Assembly (NCBI GenBank): GCA_036785375.1
Contig: JAWMAR010000070.1
Coordinates: 4,464,001 to 4,528,000, forward strand
Direction: 5' to 3'
Source: Leucoraja ocellata
Lineage: Eukaryota
Length of the DNA stretch: 64,000 nt
Shown here: piece after piece, positions 20,501-33,260 of the stretch
How the letters are laid out: every line of letters starts with the position of its first letter
Numbering within the stretch: position 1 is the first letter of the stretch
Position numbers and translations under genes: made by a program
The notes under the pieces: generated by a model
Told to the model about the DNA's origin: nothing
What the model saw: only the letters and a program-made list of their open reading frames with translations
Database searches by the model: none

Positions 20501-23500
20501 GAAACGAGACGGTTAATCTTTGCAGCATTTACCTGTTATTTGCTTCGTAATCTTGGTGAAGTGGAGCGGGGCGAAGCGGCAGCGTCAGTGGAGACCATCT
20601 TTGTAAAAGAACGGGTGTTGGACTGGGGGGAGGCGGGGGGGGGGGGGGGGGGGACAACATATGATCACCAATTGTTGACGTCATTGCTGGGGCATGGCTA
20701 CAAGACTGGGAATGAGAGACTACGCGGTTAAATGGATTCAGAGAAGACATATAAATAAATCACGAGATTACACAAAAAAGCTGGAGAAACTCAGCGGGTG
20801 CAGCAGCATCTATGGAGCGAAGGAAATAGTCAACGTTTCGGGCCGAAACCCTTCTTCAGACTAAATAAGTCATGAGTCGGGGCAGTGGAATACAATGAGT
20901 TGGGGCAGTGAATACAAAACAGATGGACACAAAATGTTGGAGAAACAGCGGGAGTGGCAGCATCTCTCTGGAGAGAAGGAATGCGCGAAGTTCCGGGTCG
21001 AGACCCTTCTTCAGACTGAGAGTCACGGGAGAGGGAAACTGTGGATGTGGAAGGATACAAAGAACAGTGTGATACCCTGGAAGAAATAAAATGCAGCTGC
21101 AAGGAAGTTTATAATAAAATCCATTGGGATAGGAATAATAAAAACGGATCAATTCCAATAATGGAAGGGAGATGGGCAACAAAAATGGAAACAGATGAGG
21201 CCAATTAATAAAATAAATTTTAAAATGATTATGCTTAATGTCACGCCCTGGATACTTCGTGGATCAACGCGGTAGGTGTGTGGATGGAGGAATTGTGTTC
21301 GAAAAATCGGTTAAAGATTCGTTCATAACGGCGTGGCTTTCATGAACATTTGCTAACGCAAGTATAACACAAGAGTGTGATAGAAAGTCAGATATATTTC
21401 AATTGTATTAAGATAAATAACAAAGTGTTCTCATTTTCATGAATATATTATGATTGAATGTTTAATGGTTTCAATTATCAACGAGTAAGAGAGAGTCAGT
21501 TAACTCATTTTGCTGTATTCGGTCTGATTCAAGACAATTTTCTGACATTCTGCGCCAGCGATTTTCTGGTGTATGGCCCCATCAATGACAAGGTGTTGCC
21601 ACAAGTGATATCATAGGGAGTGTGGCGTAGCCCATCATTCATAAAGCATTTCCCTATCAGCACCACACAAGAGGAATTCACAGCAAAGCTAAACTGGAAG
21701 ACTAAGGTTTGGGAACTATATTAATCTCACAGCATGGGATGAGGTGAGTGATGGAGCAGTCATGTTGAATACTGCAGGGAGCGCTCTCTGAAAAGCATCA
21801 AATGGAGGAACTTGTTCTTATCATCCAAGCATGTACACAACACAATGAGATGTAAACCAGTGCGATTCCCCTTCTGATGAGTTAACTAATAACTGGTTTG
21901 CAAGTTATATTTATTGTATTAAATAATATTTAATAGATACGTTTATATTTGGTGTCAGGCTTGAAACTTGTACAACAATTGTGCTTCGTGACATTTAGGT
22001 TAATTGGATCAAAGATCCATAGAGAAACACAGTATAGAAACAGGCCATTTCCGTCAACTGCATTCACATGATTCCTGTGTCAATCCTATTTTTATTTCCC
22101 CCACTTTCTCATCAACTACCACCCCCACCCCCACCCACCCCCCTGCCCCCTCCCCCACCCATTCTTCACAGATTCAGCCACTCTCCTGTACACATGGGAC
22201 AATTTACAACTGGCACATCTTTGGGAGCTGGGAGGAAACTGAATGAAACCAACACAATTAAAGGCAAAACATGCAGATCACACACAGACAACACCCATTA
22301 AACCTATGTCGTGGCGTTGCGAGACTGAGTTTCTATAGGCTTTGCCACTGTGCATTCAGATCAATACTCTCACGCATTTATTGCCAGTGAAAGGAAGGCA
22401 CAACTTTCCCCCAATTAAAGCATTCCCAATCAAAACACCAGCAATTAGTACATGCAATTTTCATTGGAAACAGAGCGGTTTACCTTGCAGAGTAATTGGA
22501 TGTTATCGAATTTTCACAAGAATATTCATGACCTGTTGGAACAAGGAAATAAAATCCAGTTTCACTGCTTTTCACTTGCAGTTGAGCAAGGAGGTATGAT
22601 TTTCCGATTTGCAGCAAATGGGAGATGTTGTCATGATAAGCAGGAATGCTTTTAACCACGTTGGCTCTGTAGACGGCACGGTGCCGCAGCGGTGGAGTTG
22701 CTGCCTTCCAGGGCCAGAGACCCAGGTTTGATCCTGACTACGGATGCTGCCTATACGGAATTTGGCCCTCCTACCTGTGATCGCGTGGGTTTCTTCAAGT
22801 GCTCCAGTTTCCCCCAGCGTTCCAAAGTCGTGCAGGTTTGTAGGTTAATTGGCTTCTGTAAATTGTCCCTATGGAACTAGTCTATTGGTGAATACTGGGC
22901 TGTGTGCACTCAGTGGGCCGATGAGCCTGTTTCAAACCTGTATCCATAATGTAATCTAAAGAGTGCAATTTCACTTGAGAGGAATATTGCTTGGGATGAA
23001 ACATTACAGTTATGGGGAGGGGTTTGAAAGGGCATTATAAAAGTCCATGCAGAACAGGTGAGGAATGGGGGACCTATTGCAGGTGTGCAAAACTGTGAGC
23101 TGCAAAGATTAAGTATTTTTAGAAAAACTTGCACGGCAGACATGTGTAAATGTGGAGAACATATGGTTAAGTTCAGGAGCAGGATGTTTCAAGGGTCTCA
23201 AGACATATTTTTAAACGCAGAAAACTGAGGTGCCTGAATTGCCACAATGGACGAGGTGCTGGTAAATGGGATTGTATCGATGGCACTGAATGGTCAACAT
23301 TAACACAGTGGACCAAATCTGATACCGTCGTCCACGAGTTAACTGTGGCCACATTTACTGCTAGTTTCTGTTCCCTTCCCATATTTGAGTGTCGGTCATG
23401 TGGCGATGATGGCGGGAAAGTGAAAGTGCTTGGGCTGATGTCACTGCAAACCCAGTTTAAAGCTGTGTAAACATAAGAGGAAGTTCTAGCCAGGAAGCTG

Positions 23501-26500
23501 GTCTACACCAGCGCTGGGGAATCTATGTCTGGAGCCCAGCAACCAAGTATTGACAAATGGGCCATAATTCCTTCATTTAAATAACGTGCATGGATTTCAG
23601 GGTGTCGGGGGTTATGTGGAGAAGGCAGGAGAATGGGATGAAGAGGGGAGATAGATCAGCCATGATTGAATGGTCTATTTCTGCTTCTATCACGTGATCT
23701 TATGAACCACCCCACCCCCACTTCCCCTTCTTCTCCTCATTCCCTCCACTACTTACCAGTGCCGTTGATTTTCACTAGGAAACAGCAGGGCACGTCACTG
23801 CTGGAGATGGACACGTTGACCATTTCACTGGATTTTGATCCATTATTATTTGAGGCTGTGCAATAATATTGATGGTGCTGGTGTTTGAAGGATTGACAAT
23901 GTAGATCCAGGGCTCTGTTGTCTGAGATCTTTGAATCCCCAGATGGGGTCTGTTCATACCAGGTGTAGCTAATGGGAAGGGATCCCCGGACCGACTCACA
24001 GGACACTGACACTGAGCCGCCGAGACAGGGTTCATTGGCTGGTGACAGGAATCCAAGCACAGGAACAGACATGGGTTCTGTTGGAAAAGAGCAAACATTC
24101 AGACACTGAGTAAACATCTGAAAATCGCCAATATCCACCATCTCTGTATCTTAGCCAGAGCCGCCAAGTTGGAATCTGACCCATCCATCTACATAGAGTC
24201 ATAGAGTCATAGAGTCATGCAGCGTAGAAACAGGCCCTTCGATCTAACTTGCCCGCGCTGACCAACACGCCCAATCTGCACTAGTTCCACCTGCCCTTTC
24301 TTGGCCCTTAATCCTCTAAACATATCATATTCATATAACTGTCTAATATTTTCTTAAATGTTACGATAGTACCTGCCACAATTACTTCTGTCGGCAGTTC
24401 ATGTCATGTACCTACCAACCTTTATGTAAAAACATTACTCCCTAGGTTCTTGTTAAATCATTCCCCCCTCATATTAAACATATGTCCTCCGGTTCTGGAT
24501 TCTCCTACTCTGAGTAAAAGACTCTGTGTATTTACTCGATCTATTCCTCGCATAATGTTTTACCTGCCATCAGATCAACCCACATCCTGCTGCGCTCCAA
24601 GAAATAAAGCCCCAATCTGCTCAACCCCTCCCTGTATGCCAGGCCCTCAAGTCATCGCAACATCCTTGTAAGTCTTCCCTGCTCATTCTCCACACAATTT
24701 ACCAGATTTAATTATCTCTGTGCCTCTCCATCCTCCCAGCTGCCAGAACTACCATGTCTGCCACTGTGCCAGGACACAGCAGCACCATCTCTCTTTGTTT
24801 TACAATTCCAGCATCTGCCGTTAATATGTTTTAATCTAAACCTCTGCCACAATTCTACAATATCAACATTCAAACACTTCATTAGTGCAACATAATCACT
24901 ATCAACAACTTTTTAATTTCCTTGCATAAAATAGTTGATAGTGATACTGTTGCACTAATGAGGTGCATGAATGGCGGTATTGTAGAATTGTGTGCAGGGA
25001 GCGAATGGGGAAGTGGAATAACATAGAACTAGTGTGACCAGTGATCGCTAGTCGGTGAGGACTCTGTGGGCCACAGGATCAGTTTCAATGTTACATTTGT
25101 ACACTATTACTAAATATCCGGGTGAACATGTTTCTGTAAACTCTACAAACCGTTCACATCTTTTGTTTTATAAAGCGGCGACCAGAACTGTGCACCAGAT
25201 TCCCACCTAACACATGTTTTGCCCGTTGCCAAAGTGGGGACATAAAGTCACCCATTGAGAAACCTACCTTCAGATACTTGGAGATATACTTTAAATGTTG
25301 GTTCGCCAGGTGTAGTAATTCCACATCTGTACCATCCTCTATCTCCAGAGTGAAGATCCTCCACAGTCACAGTAAATATTCCTCGTGCCGGGTTAACTGT
25401 GATTGACACTCTTCCGCTCTGTCCATGTTTCCCATTTGTTTCCACTACATGTGGACACTGGCGACTTGTCTCACGACACCAGTATTTTGTGTGTGAGCGG
25501 TACACTGCTGCATAGTGACAATCGATTGAGATCGTTCTTCCCACAACCCCTCGCACTTCGCTCTCAGCCCACAGTGCGCCTGAAACTGAAGGAAACAACT
25601 TTCATAAATTGAAGAGCAAAATTAGCCTTTCACAAACATATACATTCCAGTATACAAGGGAGTCCGCCGACTCATTTTCTTAGCTGTGTTGAATTCCACC
25701 TAGATTGCGATGAGAGACAGATACTGTACACCGGCCCTCACCACCTGCACAGGTCGTTCCAAAGCGCTTCCCAGCCAATGTGGGTGTGAATGGTGAAGAA
25801 TGATGCATTGAACACGGAGCCTCTTGCAATTGGAAGGCGCTGTCTAGGGAGTCTTGGTGAGTTACTGCAGTGCATCGTGCAGATGGTGCAAACTGCTGCT
25901 GCTCTGCATCAGCGGGCGAGGTTGAGGATGGGGTGTCTATCATGCGCGATTCTGGGTCATGACAAACCAAACATAAGTGTTCGGCGAAATTGTAGCCTAG
26001 GCCAGTGCTTCTTAAACTGATGAATGGTTCACCCAAGGGCGAATGAAATTATTTTGGCGTAAATTAGTTAATTTATGTTTTTTGCTCATGCGACAAAATC
26101 AATTATCTATAAAAATTATGCACAAGTGAAAATAAGATGATAATAACCAAAAGAACATAAGAACATATAGTGGAGGGTGAATTAAATCTTGTAATAAAGA
26201 CTTAAGGGCGAATGACACTGTAATAGTTTATTAAGAACTGGCCTTGTATAAAATTGGTCTCGCTGATGTAAACCATTCACACCCTCTTCTGGACTTCCAA
26301 TATGAGCGTCTCCACACCTACAGGGAAGTTCTTTTCAAAATTATCTTTGACAAAAGTAAGGGTTATACTTGATGGAGTGACGGCCAAGTAGATTCCAATT
26401 TAATTTTGTGAGATTACTGGAGTTTAACACAAATTAACAGAGTTAAAATCATGAACATGATCATGAAATTGTACATCCTTGGTTATAACTGATGATGGAT

Positions 26501-29500
26501 CCAAACAGAATGAATTTGGTTACTTTCTCTGTCTCAAAATGCGGCAGCCAGAAAATAATGTTGATGGAATGCACTCAACCCGCAGGTATTTCTCTCATTT
26601 GCTGAAATTTCTCAACACCTCCCAGGTGAAAGCAACAGGCAATCATTTACCAGTCCCCCAAACAAACTCTCGCATTTTACACCATGAGCTCCCGGTGGCT
26701 GCAATGATGCCGTCTGCAAATAACAAGAAATCCATGAACATCATCACAAGGCGAATAGCAGCAGGTTCAGGGACACGAGAAGAACACTCACCTGCATTGT
26801 TGATTTCTGTCACATAACTGCACGTTCCTGCTCCTTTGAAGACTTTCACGTTGAGTATTTCACTGGATTTTGTCCCACGATTATTTGAGGCTGTGCAGTA
26901 ATATTGACGATGTTGACCTTCGAGGATTTCACAACTCAGATCCAGTTGATTGCCAGACACGGTAGTTGAAACCCAATGCTCGTTCTTCTCAAACCATGTG
27001 TAATGGATGGGAAGGGATCCACGGACAGACTCACACGACACTGACACTGAGCCTCCGAGATGTGAGGCATTTGCTGGTGACAGATATCTGAGCACAGGAG
27101 CAGACATGGGTTCTGTGGGAATGGAGCAAACATTCAGTCACCTGTATGAACAGTTAAAAACCAAACACATGCTGAATCTCAGCAGCCCTTTATCTCAGCC
27201 CGAACCGTCCGGTTGACATCTCACCGGCTCATCTACATCTCTGTGAGTGTGCGAAGCACAGAAACTGAAGAAGGTTAGAGTTATAGAGAACCGAAAGATG
27301 CCCATCACAACAGCTCATTCATGCCGACCAACATGTCTTTCTGGACCATTTCCATATGTCCACGTTTCTCCCTTATCACTCGCAATGATCCCAATCTACG
27401 CAAATATCAAAAAAATATTCTAAATGCTGCTATTCTAACTGCCTTAACACCTTCCCCTGGCAGCAGGTTCTATATAAATATCACCCAATGTGTGGAAAAT
27501 GTTGCCCCTCAGAACATATGTTGGGATGTTACGTCCCTTTAAGATAGACACAAAATGCAGGAGTAACTCGGCGGATTAGGCAGCATCTTTCGAGAGAAGA
27601 CGTAGGTGACGTTTCGAATCGTGACCCTTCTTCAGCCTGAGAACCATGAGAAAGGGAGACAGAAGAGAAATGGAAGGGTACGGTGTGAAAACAAGTGATT
27701 AAAGGTGAAAATGTTTTAAAACATGTAGAATGGATCATTGTCAGCTGAAGGGAAGGCATAGAATCAGTAAAATATAATCTGGAGGGCAGTGAAAATAATT
27801 GGAGGCTTCGGATGGGGCGGGATGGAGACAGGAGTAAAGCAAGGGTTACTTGAAGTTAGAGAAGTCAATATTCAAACCGCTGGGTTGTAAGCTGCCCAAG
27901 CGAAATATGAGGCACTGTTCCTCCAATTTGCTTTTGGCCTCACTCTGCAGGGGAGGAGGTCCGGGACAGAAAGATCAGTTTGGGAATGGGAGGGGGAATA
28001 AAGGTGTTTTGCAATCGGGATGTAGCGTAGGCCGAGGAACACTGTGCGGAATTGTTCAGCGAAACATCGCCGAGTCTGCGTTGGGTCTCCCATCTACTGT
28101 ATCTGCTTGTTCACACCTGGAACAGCGGATATAGTAGAGGAGGTTAGAAGAGATGCAAGTGAACCTCTGACTCACCCGGAAATACTGTTGGAGCCTTGGA
28201 CGGAGTAGAAGCGGGATATATAGGGACTGGTGTTGCATCTCCTGCAGTTGTAGGGGAAGGTATCTGGGGACGGGGTGGGAAAGGACGAGTTGACCAGGGA
28301 GTTGCGGAGTCTGTCGGGTTATTAGTTTGAGTCGGACTGCAAACCTCTGGCAGGGTGACATTTCATACAGTTCAGAGGCAGGGAAATGTGCTGAGCATCC
28401 CACTTGACGTGGGTGGCCGCTCAGTGGGACAGAGCCCGCACTGGGTGAGAGCAACATGAGTGGGGTTTCCCGACCCCCGCCCGCTCCCCGCAGGTCTCTG
28501 CACTGCTGCGGAGCCTCGGGATATCGGTGCTGCCCTGACCCTTCCCGGAGAGAACATAGACAAGGCATTTCAGTGGAGACGTCAAGTCAATCGCTGCGAA
28601 ACGTACCGTCAGATACTTGGAGATGTACGTTAAATATTGGACGGTCGCCATGTGTAGTAATTCCACAGCTGTACCATCCTGTATCTCCAGAGTGAAGATC
28701 CTCCACAGTCACAGCAAATATTCTTAGTGCCGGTATATCTGTGATTGACACTCTTCCACTCCGTCCGTTTTGCCCATTTGTTTCCACTGAAACTCTACAT
28801 GGGCGATTCCTCCCACGGCACCAGTATTTTGTGCGTGAGCGGTACGCTGCTGCATAGTGACAATCGATTGTGATCGCTCTTCCCACAACTCCACTTACAT
28901 CCCTCTCTGCCCACACTGCATCTGAAACTGAGGGGAGAAACTTTCAGATCAACCACAGATCAAACAACACTTGTTCCTCACTGGGATTATTAGTTTGAGT
29001 CTGAATGCAAATTTCTGACGGGTGACATTTCATACAGTTCAGAGGAAGGGAAATGCGCTGAGTATTCCACTTGAAGTGAAAAGTGAAGTTAAATCCCACT
29101 TTTCAAGAAAGGAGCGAGAGAAAACGGGAAATTACAGAGCAGTTAGCCTGACTTCGGTGCGGGAAAGATGCCGGAGTCAATTATTAAAGAGGTAATAATG
29201 GGGCATTTGGATAGCAGTAAAATAATTAGTCCAAGTCAGCATGGATTTATGAAAGGAAAATCATGCCTGACTAATCTTCTGGAATTTTTTGAGGATGTGG
29301 CAAGTAAAATGGACGAAGGTGAGCCAGTGAATGTAGTGTATCTAGACTTCAAGAAATCCTTTGATAAGGTTCCGCACGGGAGACTGGTGACTAAATTGAG
29401 AGCGCATGGAAGGGTGTTGACGTGGATAGGAAATTGGTTGGCAGACAGGAAGCAAAGAGTAGGAGTGAACGGGTCCTTTTCAGAATGGCGGGAAGTGGCG

Positions 29501-31450
29501 AGTCAGTGGAGACGACAAGTCAATCGCTGCGAAACGTACCGTCAGATACAAGGAGTTCTACGGGAAACATTGGGCGGCCGTTAGATGTTGCAATTCCACA
29601 TCTGTACCATCCTGTATCGCCAGAGAGAAGATCCTCCTCAGTCACAGTAAATATTCCTCGTTCCGGGCTATCGGTGATTGACACTCTTCCACTCCTTCCG
29701 CGAAGCCCATTTGTTTCCACCATATCTGTACATTGGCGATTCTGCACACGGCACCAGTATTTTGTGTGTGAGCGGTACTCTGCTGCATAGTGACAATCGA
29801 TTGTAAACACACTTCCCACAACTGCTCTTACATACGGCTCTCCCCACACTGCACCTGAAACTGAAGGGGAGAAACTTTCAGATGGAGAGCAAATGAACAG
29901 TTTAGTGGAAATAGATACACTTTCAAGATTCCATGAAAGAAAACTTAAATAGTTCCATGATGTGTCATATTGCTTCACGGCCAATGTCTCCTGTCTGAAG
30001 TGCAGGCAGTGCTGTTATTGTACCAGTTGTGTCAGTGTTCTGTCCCCGGGTCAGTACAATTAGGGTTCACTTCCCACTCCAGATCCCTGAGCAGAAACTG
30101 GGCTGGGATCGCAGTGCGGTACTGAGGGAGCGCGGCAGTGTTGCAGGAGCTGCCTTTCAACAATCCCTGGCGGTGCCTGGCCTCTCACCCCACGAAAGAC
30201 CCCACTTTGCTATTTCATTGGCGGTGACAATTTCTTCACAGCAGTTATCAGGCATCTGAATCATCCTACCACGCACAGAAATCTGTCCTGAACTCCCATC
30301 TACCTCTTTGACGACCCTCGGACCACCCTTGATCGGACTTTGCTGCCTTTACCTTACACTAAATGTTATTTAATTTTCATGTATCTATGCACTGTAGGAG
30401 TATCGATTGTAATCCTGTATTGTCTTTCTGCTGGAGACGTCAATCAATCGCTGCGAAACGTACCGTCAGATACTTCGAGATGAACGTTAAATATTGGATG
30501 GTCGGCAGATGTTGTAATTCCACATCTGTACCATCCTGTATCTCCATCCTGAAGATCGTCCACAGTCACAGTAAATATTCCTCGTGCCGGGTTATCTGTG
30601 ATTGACACTCTTCCATTCCGTCCGTGTTGCTCATTTGTTTCCACCAACACTGTACATTGGAGACTCCTCCCACGGCACCAGTATTTTGTGTGTGAGCGGT
30701 ACTCTGCTGCATAGTAACAATCGATTGTGATCGCTCTTCCCACAACTCCTCTTACATTCCTCTTTGCCCACAGTGCACCTGAAACTGAGGGGAGAAACTT
30801 TCAGCTGGAGAGAAAATTAACTGTTTAATGGAAATAGATACATTTTGAAGATTACTTCTTCATATAAACGACTTCATCGCCTCCAATGCATTCAGAACTC
30901 TGCAGCCCGGATCATCACCCGCACCAGATCATCGGACCACATCACACCCATCCTCACTCAGCTCCACTGGCTCCCTGTGCACCACCGGATTAACTATAAG
31001 ATTTTACTGCTGACCTTCAAAGCCCTACCGCACCTTGCTCCCCAATAGCTCTCTGACTTGCTGCCACCATACACTCCTTCCCGGTCACTTCGTTCCTCCT
31101 CAGCTGCAATTTTAACTGTCCCCACATTTAGACTCAGCACAATGGTTGCCAGAGCCTTTGGCTGCTCTGCCCCACGTCTCTGGAACACTCTCCCACCTCT
31201 CATCCGTCACCTGGACACTATCGATCAATTCAAATCACAACTCAAAACACACCTGTTTAGATTAGCATACCCGACATAACTTCCACCATGTTCACCCTGA
31301 TTTTAATGAGTTAAAATATTTTGTGTTTTTGTTTTTTGGCACCTTGATTTTAATATTGATAATTGTATTGTGATTTTATGTCCTGTAAGGTGTCCTTGGG
31401 TGTCCAGAAAGGCGCCAGCAAATAAAATGCATTATTATTATTAATATTAA

Positions 31451-31539
<89 letters not shown>

Positions 31540-33074
31540 GAAAGAAAACTTAAATCGTTCCATGATGTGTCATATTGCTTCACGGCCAATGTCTCCGGTC
31601 TGAATTGCAGGCAGTGCTGTTATTGTACCAGTTGTGTCAGTGTTCTGTCCCCGGTCAGTACAATTTGGGTTCACTTCCCACTCCAGATCCCTGAGCAGAC
31701 ACTGGGCTGGGATCGCAGTGCGGTACTGAAGGAGCGCGGCAGTGTTGCAGGAGCTGCCTTTCAACAATCCGAGGCGGTGCCCGGCCTCTCACCCCACAGA
31801 AATACCCCACTTTGCTATTTCATTGGCGGTGCCGCCGGCTGCGCTGCCAACATTCATCTCTCAACCGACACTGGGCAGGACCCGTGTTTTTTTAAATTAT
31901 CAAATAATTTATTCAATTATTAAAAATAGTATTTACACTACAATAAAACAAGAACCCAGCACCATAATACAAGACAAACAAATATACTAAATACACTACT
32001 ATACAACTATGTTACAATGCTTGTCAAGTATGTATTCAACCACAGGCGGTGCCCAGATGTCCCGGAAATCCCCCAGGTGCCCGTGGACAGCGCCTGATCC
32101 TTCTCGAGTCCCACCCGGACGCAGAAAGCCGACCCGTGTTTACACATTCACCGCCGCCAATGCTTTCCAACGCCTTGACTGAGGACAGAGGACGGACGAG
32201 CTACGGGTCCATTAACGGAGAGCGGGACCATTAACGGAGAGCGTTAGTAGCGTGACAACGCACACCGCCAGATTCGGGGAATGTTTCTTCCCAGCTGTTG
32301 TCAGACATCGGAATCATCCTCCCATAACCAGAGAGCAGTGCTGAACTATCTACCTCTTTGGTGACCCTCGGACTACCCTTGATCGGACTTTGCTGGCCTT
32401 ACCTTACACTAAACTTTATTTCCCATTCATGTATGTAAGATGATCGATTGTAATCATGTATCTGGCAGGTTAGCATGCAACATAAAGCTTTTCTCTGTAC
32501 CTCGGTACACGTGACAATAACCCGCCTCGGATCCGAGAGCGGATGGAGAGAGTGTTGGGAGTGGGTGGATAGAGCGAGGACAGTGGTTCAGTCTCAGACT
32601 CCGGGGAATTGTTGGGTTTGCGACAGAGTTGAGATGGACAAATGCAGGGATATTTGAACTGACGCAATGAGTCCACAATCCTGACTTCCACCTCAGTTGT
32701 AAACACATTTTGTTAGTGTAGAATTAACTTCCTGGTGATGTTGGAACCTCTGTCCTTCGGTCCAGGTGTCTTGGAGTATCTGCTCCAAATACATTCGCTA
32801 TTTAATGCCTATATATGCCTATCATCAGGATGCAATTAGACCACGTGTTAGCGGTGGTTAAACTACGAACAGAGTCTAGATATTCAAATGTGATTTCAGA
32901 TCCATCACCACAATGCACTGAATTCCATCTCCCCCATTACATGTCTACACACACTTAACCATCTCTGCTGTGGAAAGGGTGCACGGGACCCCAACCTACA
33001 TTGATCATTGGAATATCAAGATCTGGCTTTCACTCACCCGGCAGCGAGGCGATGAGAAGAATTGGAATCCACAT
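17514..33074 (-). CDS. Gene B (spliced, complete, 807 aa if all exons used): CD300/pIgR-like, MDIR-like multi-Ig receptor, activating type
   Basis: Exons 33074-33038, 30784-30464, 29860-29540, 28927-28607, 27112-26792, 25951-25742, 25585-25268, 24077-23757, 22532-22484, 20598-20533, 20464-20374, 17561-17514. They sum to 2424 nt ending in TGA, with two AATAAA downstream. Confidence 0.82.
18160..20322 (+). mobile_element. CR1-clade LINE, 5'-truncated, with internal deletion near 19218
   Basis: Endonuclease end (ILDWVLSN, SDHN), RT and tail; same insertion point as the copy in gene A. Confidence 0.95.
20374..20464 (-). CDS. Gene B TM exon
   Basis: 91 nt; SYISWEVGRWMFFLLLVIWSISTAVFARGSK. Confidence 0.88.
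20533..20598 (-). CDS. Gene B stalk exon
   Basis: 66 nt, phase 2-2. Confidence 0.7.
20767..20861 (-). mobile_element. Short Penelope-derived insertion, specific to gene B
   Basis: Flanked by an imperfect TAAATAARTCAYGAG duplication; empty site in C at about 37979-37993. Confidence 0.75.
22484..22532 (-). CDS. Gene B micro-exon GHEYSCENSITSNYSA(R)
   Basis: 49 nt, phase 1-2. Confidence 0.8.
23757..24077 (-). CDS. Gene B C2b exon
   Basis: 321 nt; ends DVPCCFLVKINGT. Confidence 0.9.
24848..24992. repeat. Imperfect long inverted repeat (MITE- or hairpin-like); paralogues at 6346-6446 and 42940-43046
   Basis: Arms CATTAGTGCAACA / TGTTGCACTAATG, extending to CACAATTCTACAATA / TATTGTAGAATTGTG in B. 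Confidence 0.8.
25268..25585 (-). CDS. Gene B V4 exon
   Basis: 318 nt; KYWCRETSRQC. Confidence 0.9.
25742..25951 (-). CDS. Gene B putative linker exon
   Basis: 210 nt, phase 1-1, open. Confidence 0.55.
26792..27112 (-). CDS. Gene B C2a exon
   Basis: 321 nt; donor GTGAGT. Confidence 0.88.
28607..28927 (-). CDS. Gene B V3 exon
   Basis: 321 nt; KYWCRGRNRPC. Confidence 0.9.
29540..29860 (-). CDS. Gene B V2 exon
   Basis: 321 nt; KYWCRVQNRQC. Confidence 0.9.
30464..30784 (-). CDS. Gene B V1 exon
   Basis: 321 nt; KYWCRGRSLQC. Confidence 0.9.
30856..31537 (+). mobile_element. L2-clade LINE 3' fragment ending in a (TTA)n tail
   Basis: Paralogue of the 12503 copy; empty site in C at about 50635. 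Confidence 0.9.
31430..31537 (+). repeat. (TTA)n microsatellite, tail of the L2 element
   Basis: Directly visible. Confidence 0.97.
33038..33074 (-). CDS. Gene B leader exon
   Basis: MWIPILLIASLP followed by G|GTGAGT. Confidence 0.9.
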
Positions 33075-33169
33075 TGTTTTATCCACAGTGACAAAAGCAG
33101 CACTTTTCTGTCTGTCGCTCAGCTTTGAGCTTTCAGAGACAACCGCGTCTCTCAAATAGCAATGACTTA

Positions 33170-33260
33170 GAAGGGAACAGGAAGTCAGATCGTGAACCAC
33201 AGCGAGCCAGCAGCAGCTCGACACGATGTAGTGTGAAAGGCTCAGGGTTATATTTAGCAA
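33170..33260 (-). promoter_or_regulatory. Putative proximal promoter of gene B (ETS/PU.1-like AGGAAGT, RUNX AACCACA, AT-rich TATA-like box); paralogues at about 14910-15000 and 52175-52262
   Basis: Motifs lie 100-180 nt upstream of the ATG in all three units. This is motif matching only. Confidence 0.4.

Noticed and set aside
31350-31923. Poly-Asn and poly-Leu ORFs
   Set aside because: Translations of the (TTA)n tail of an L2 element.
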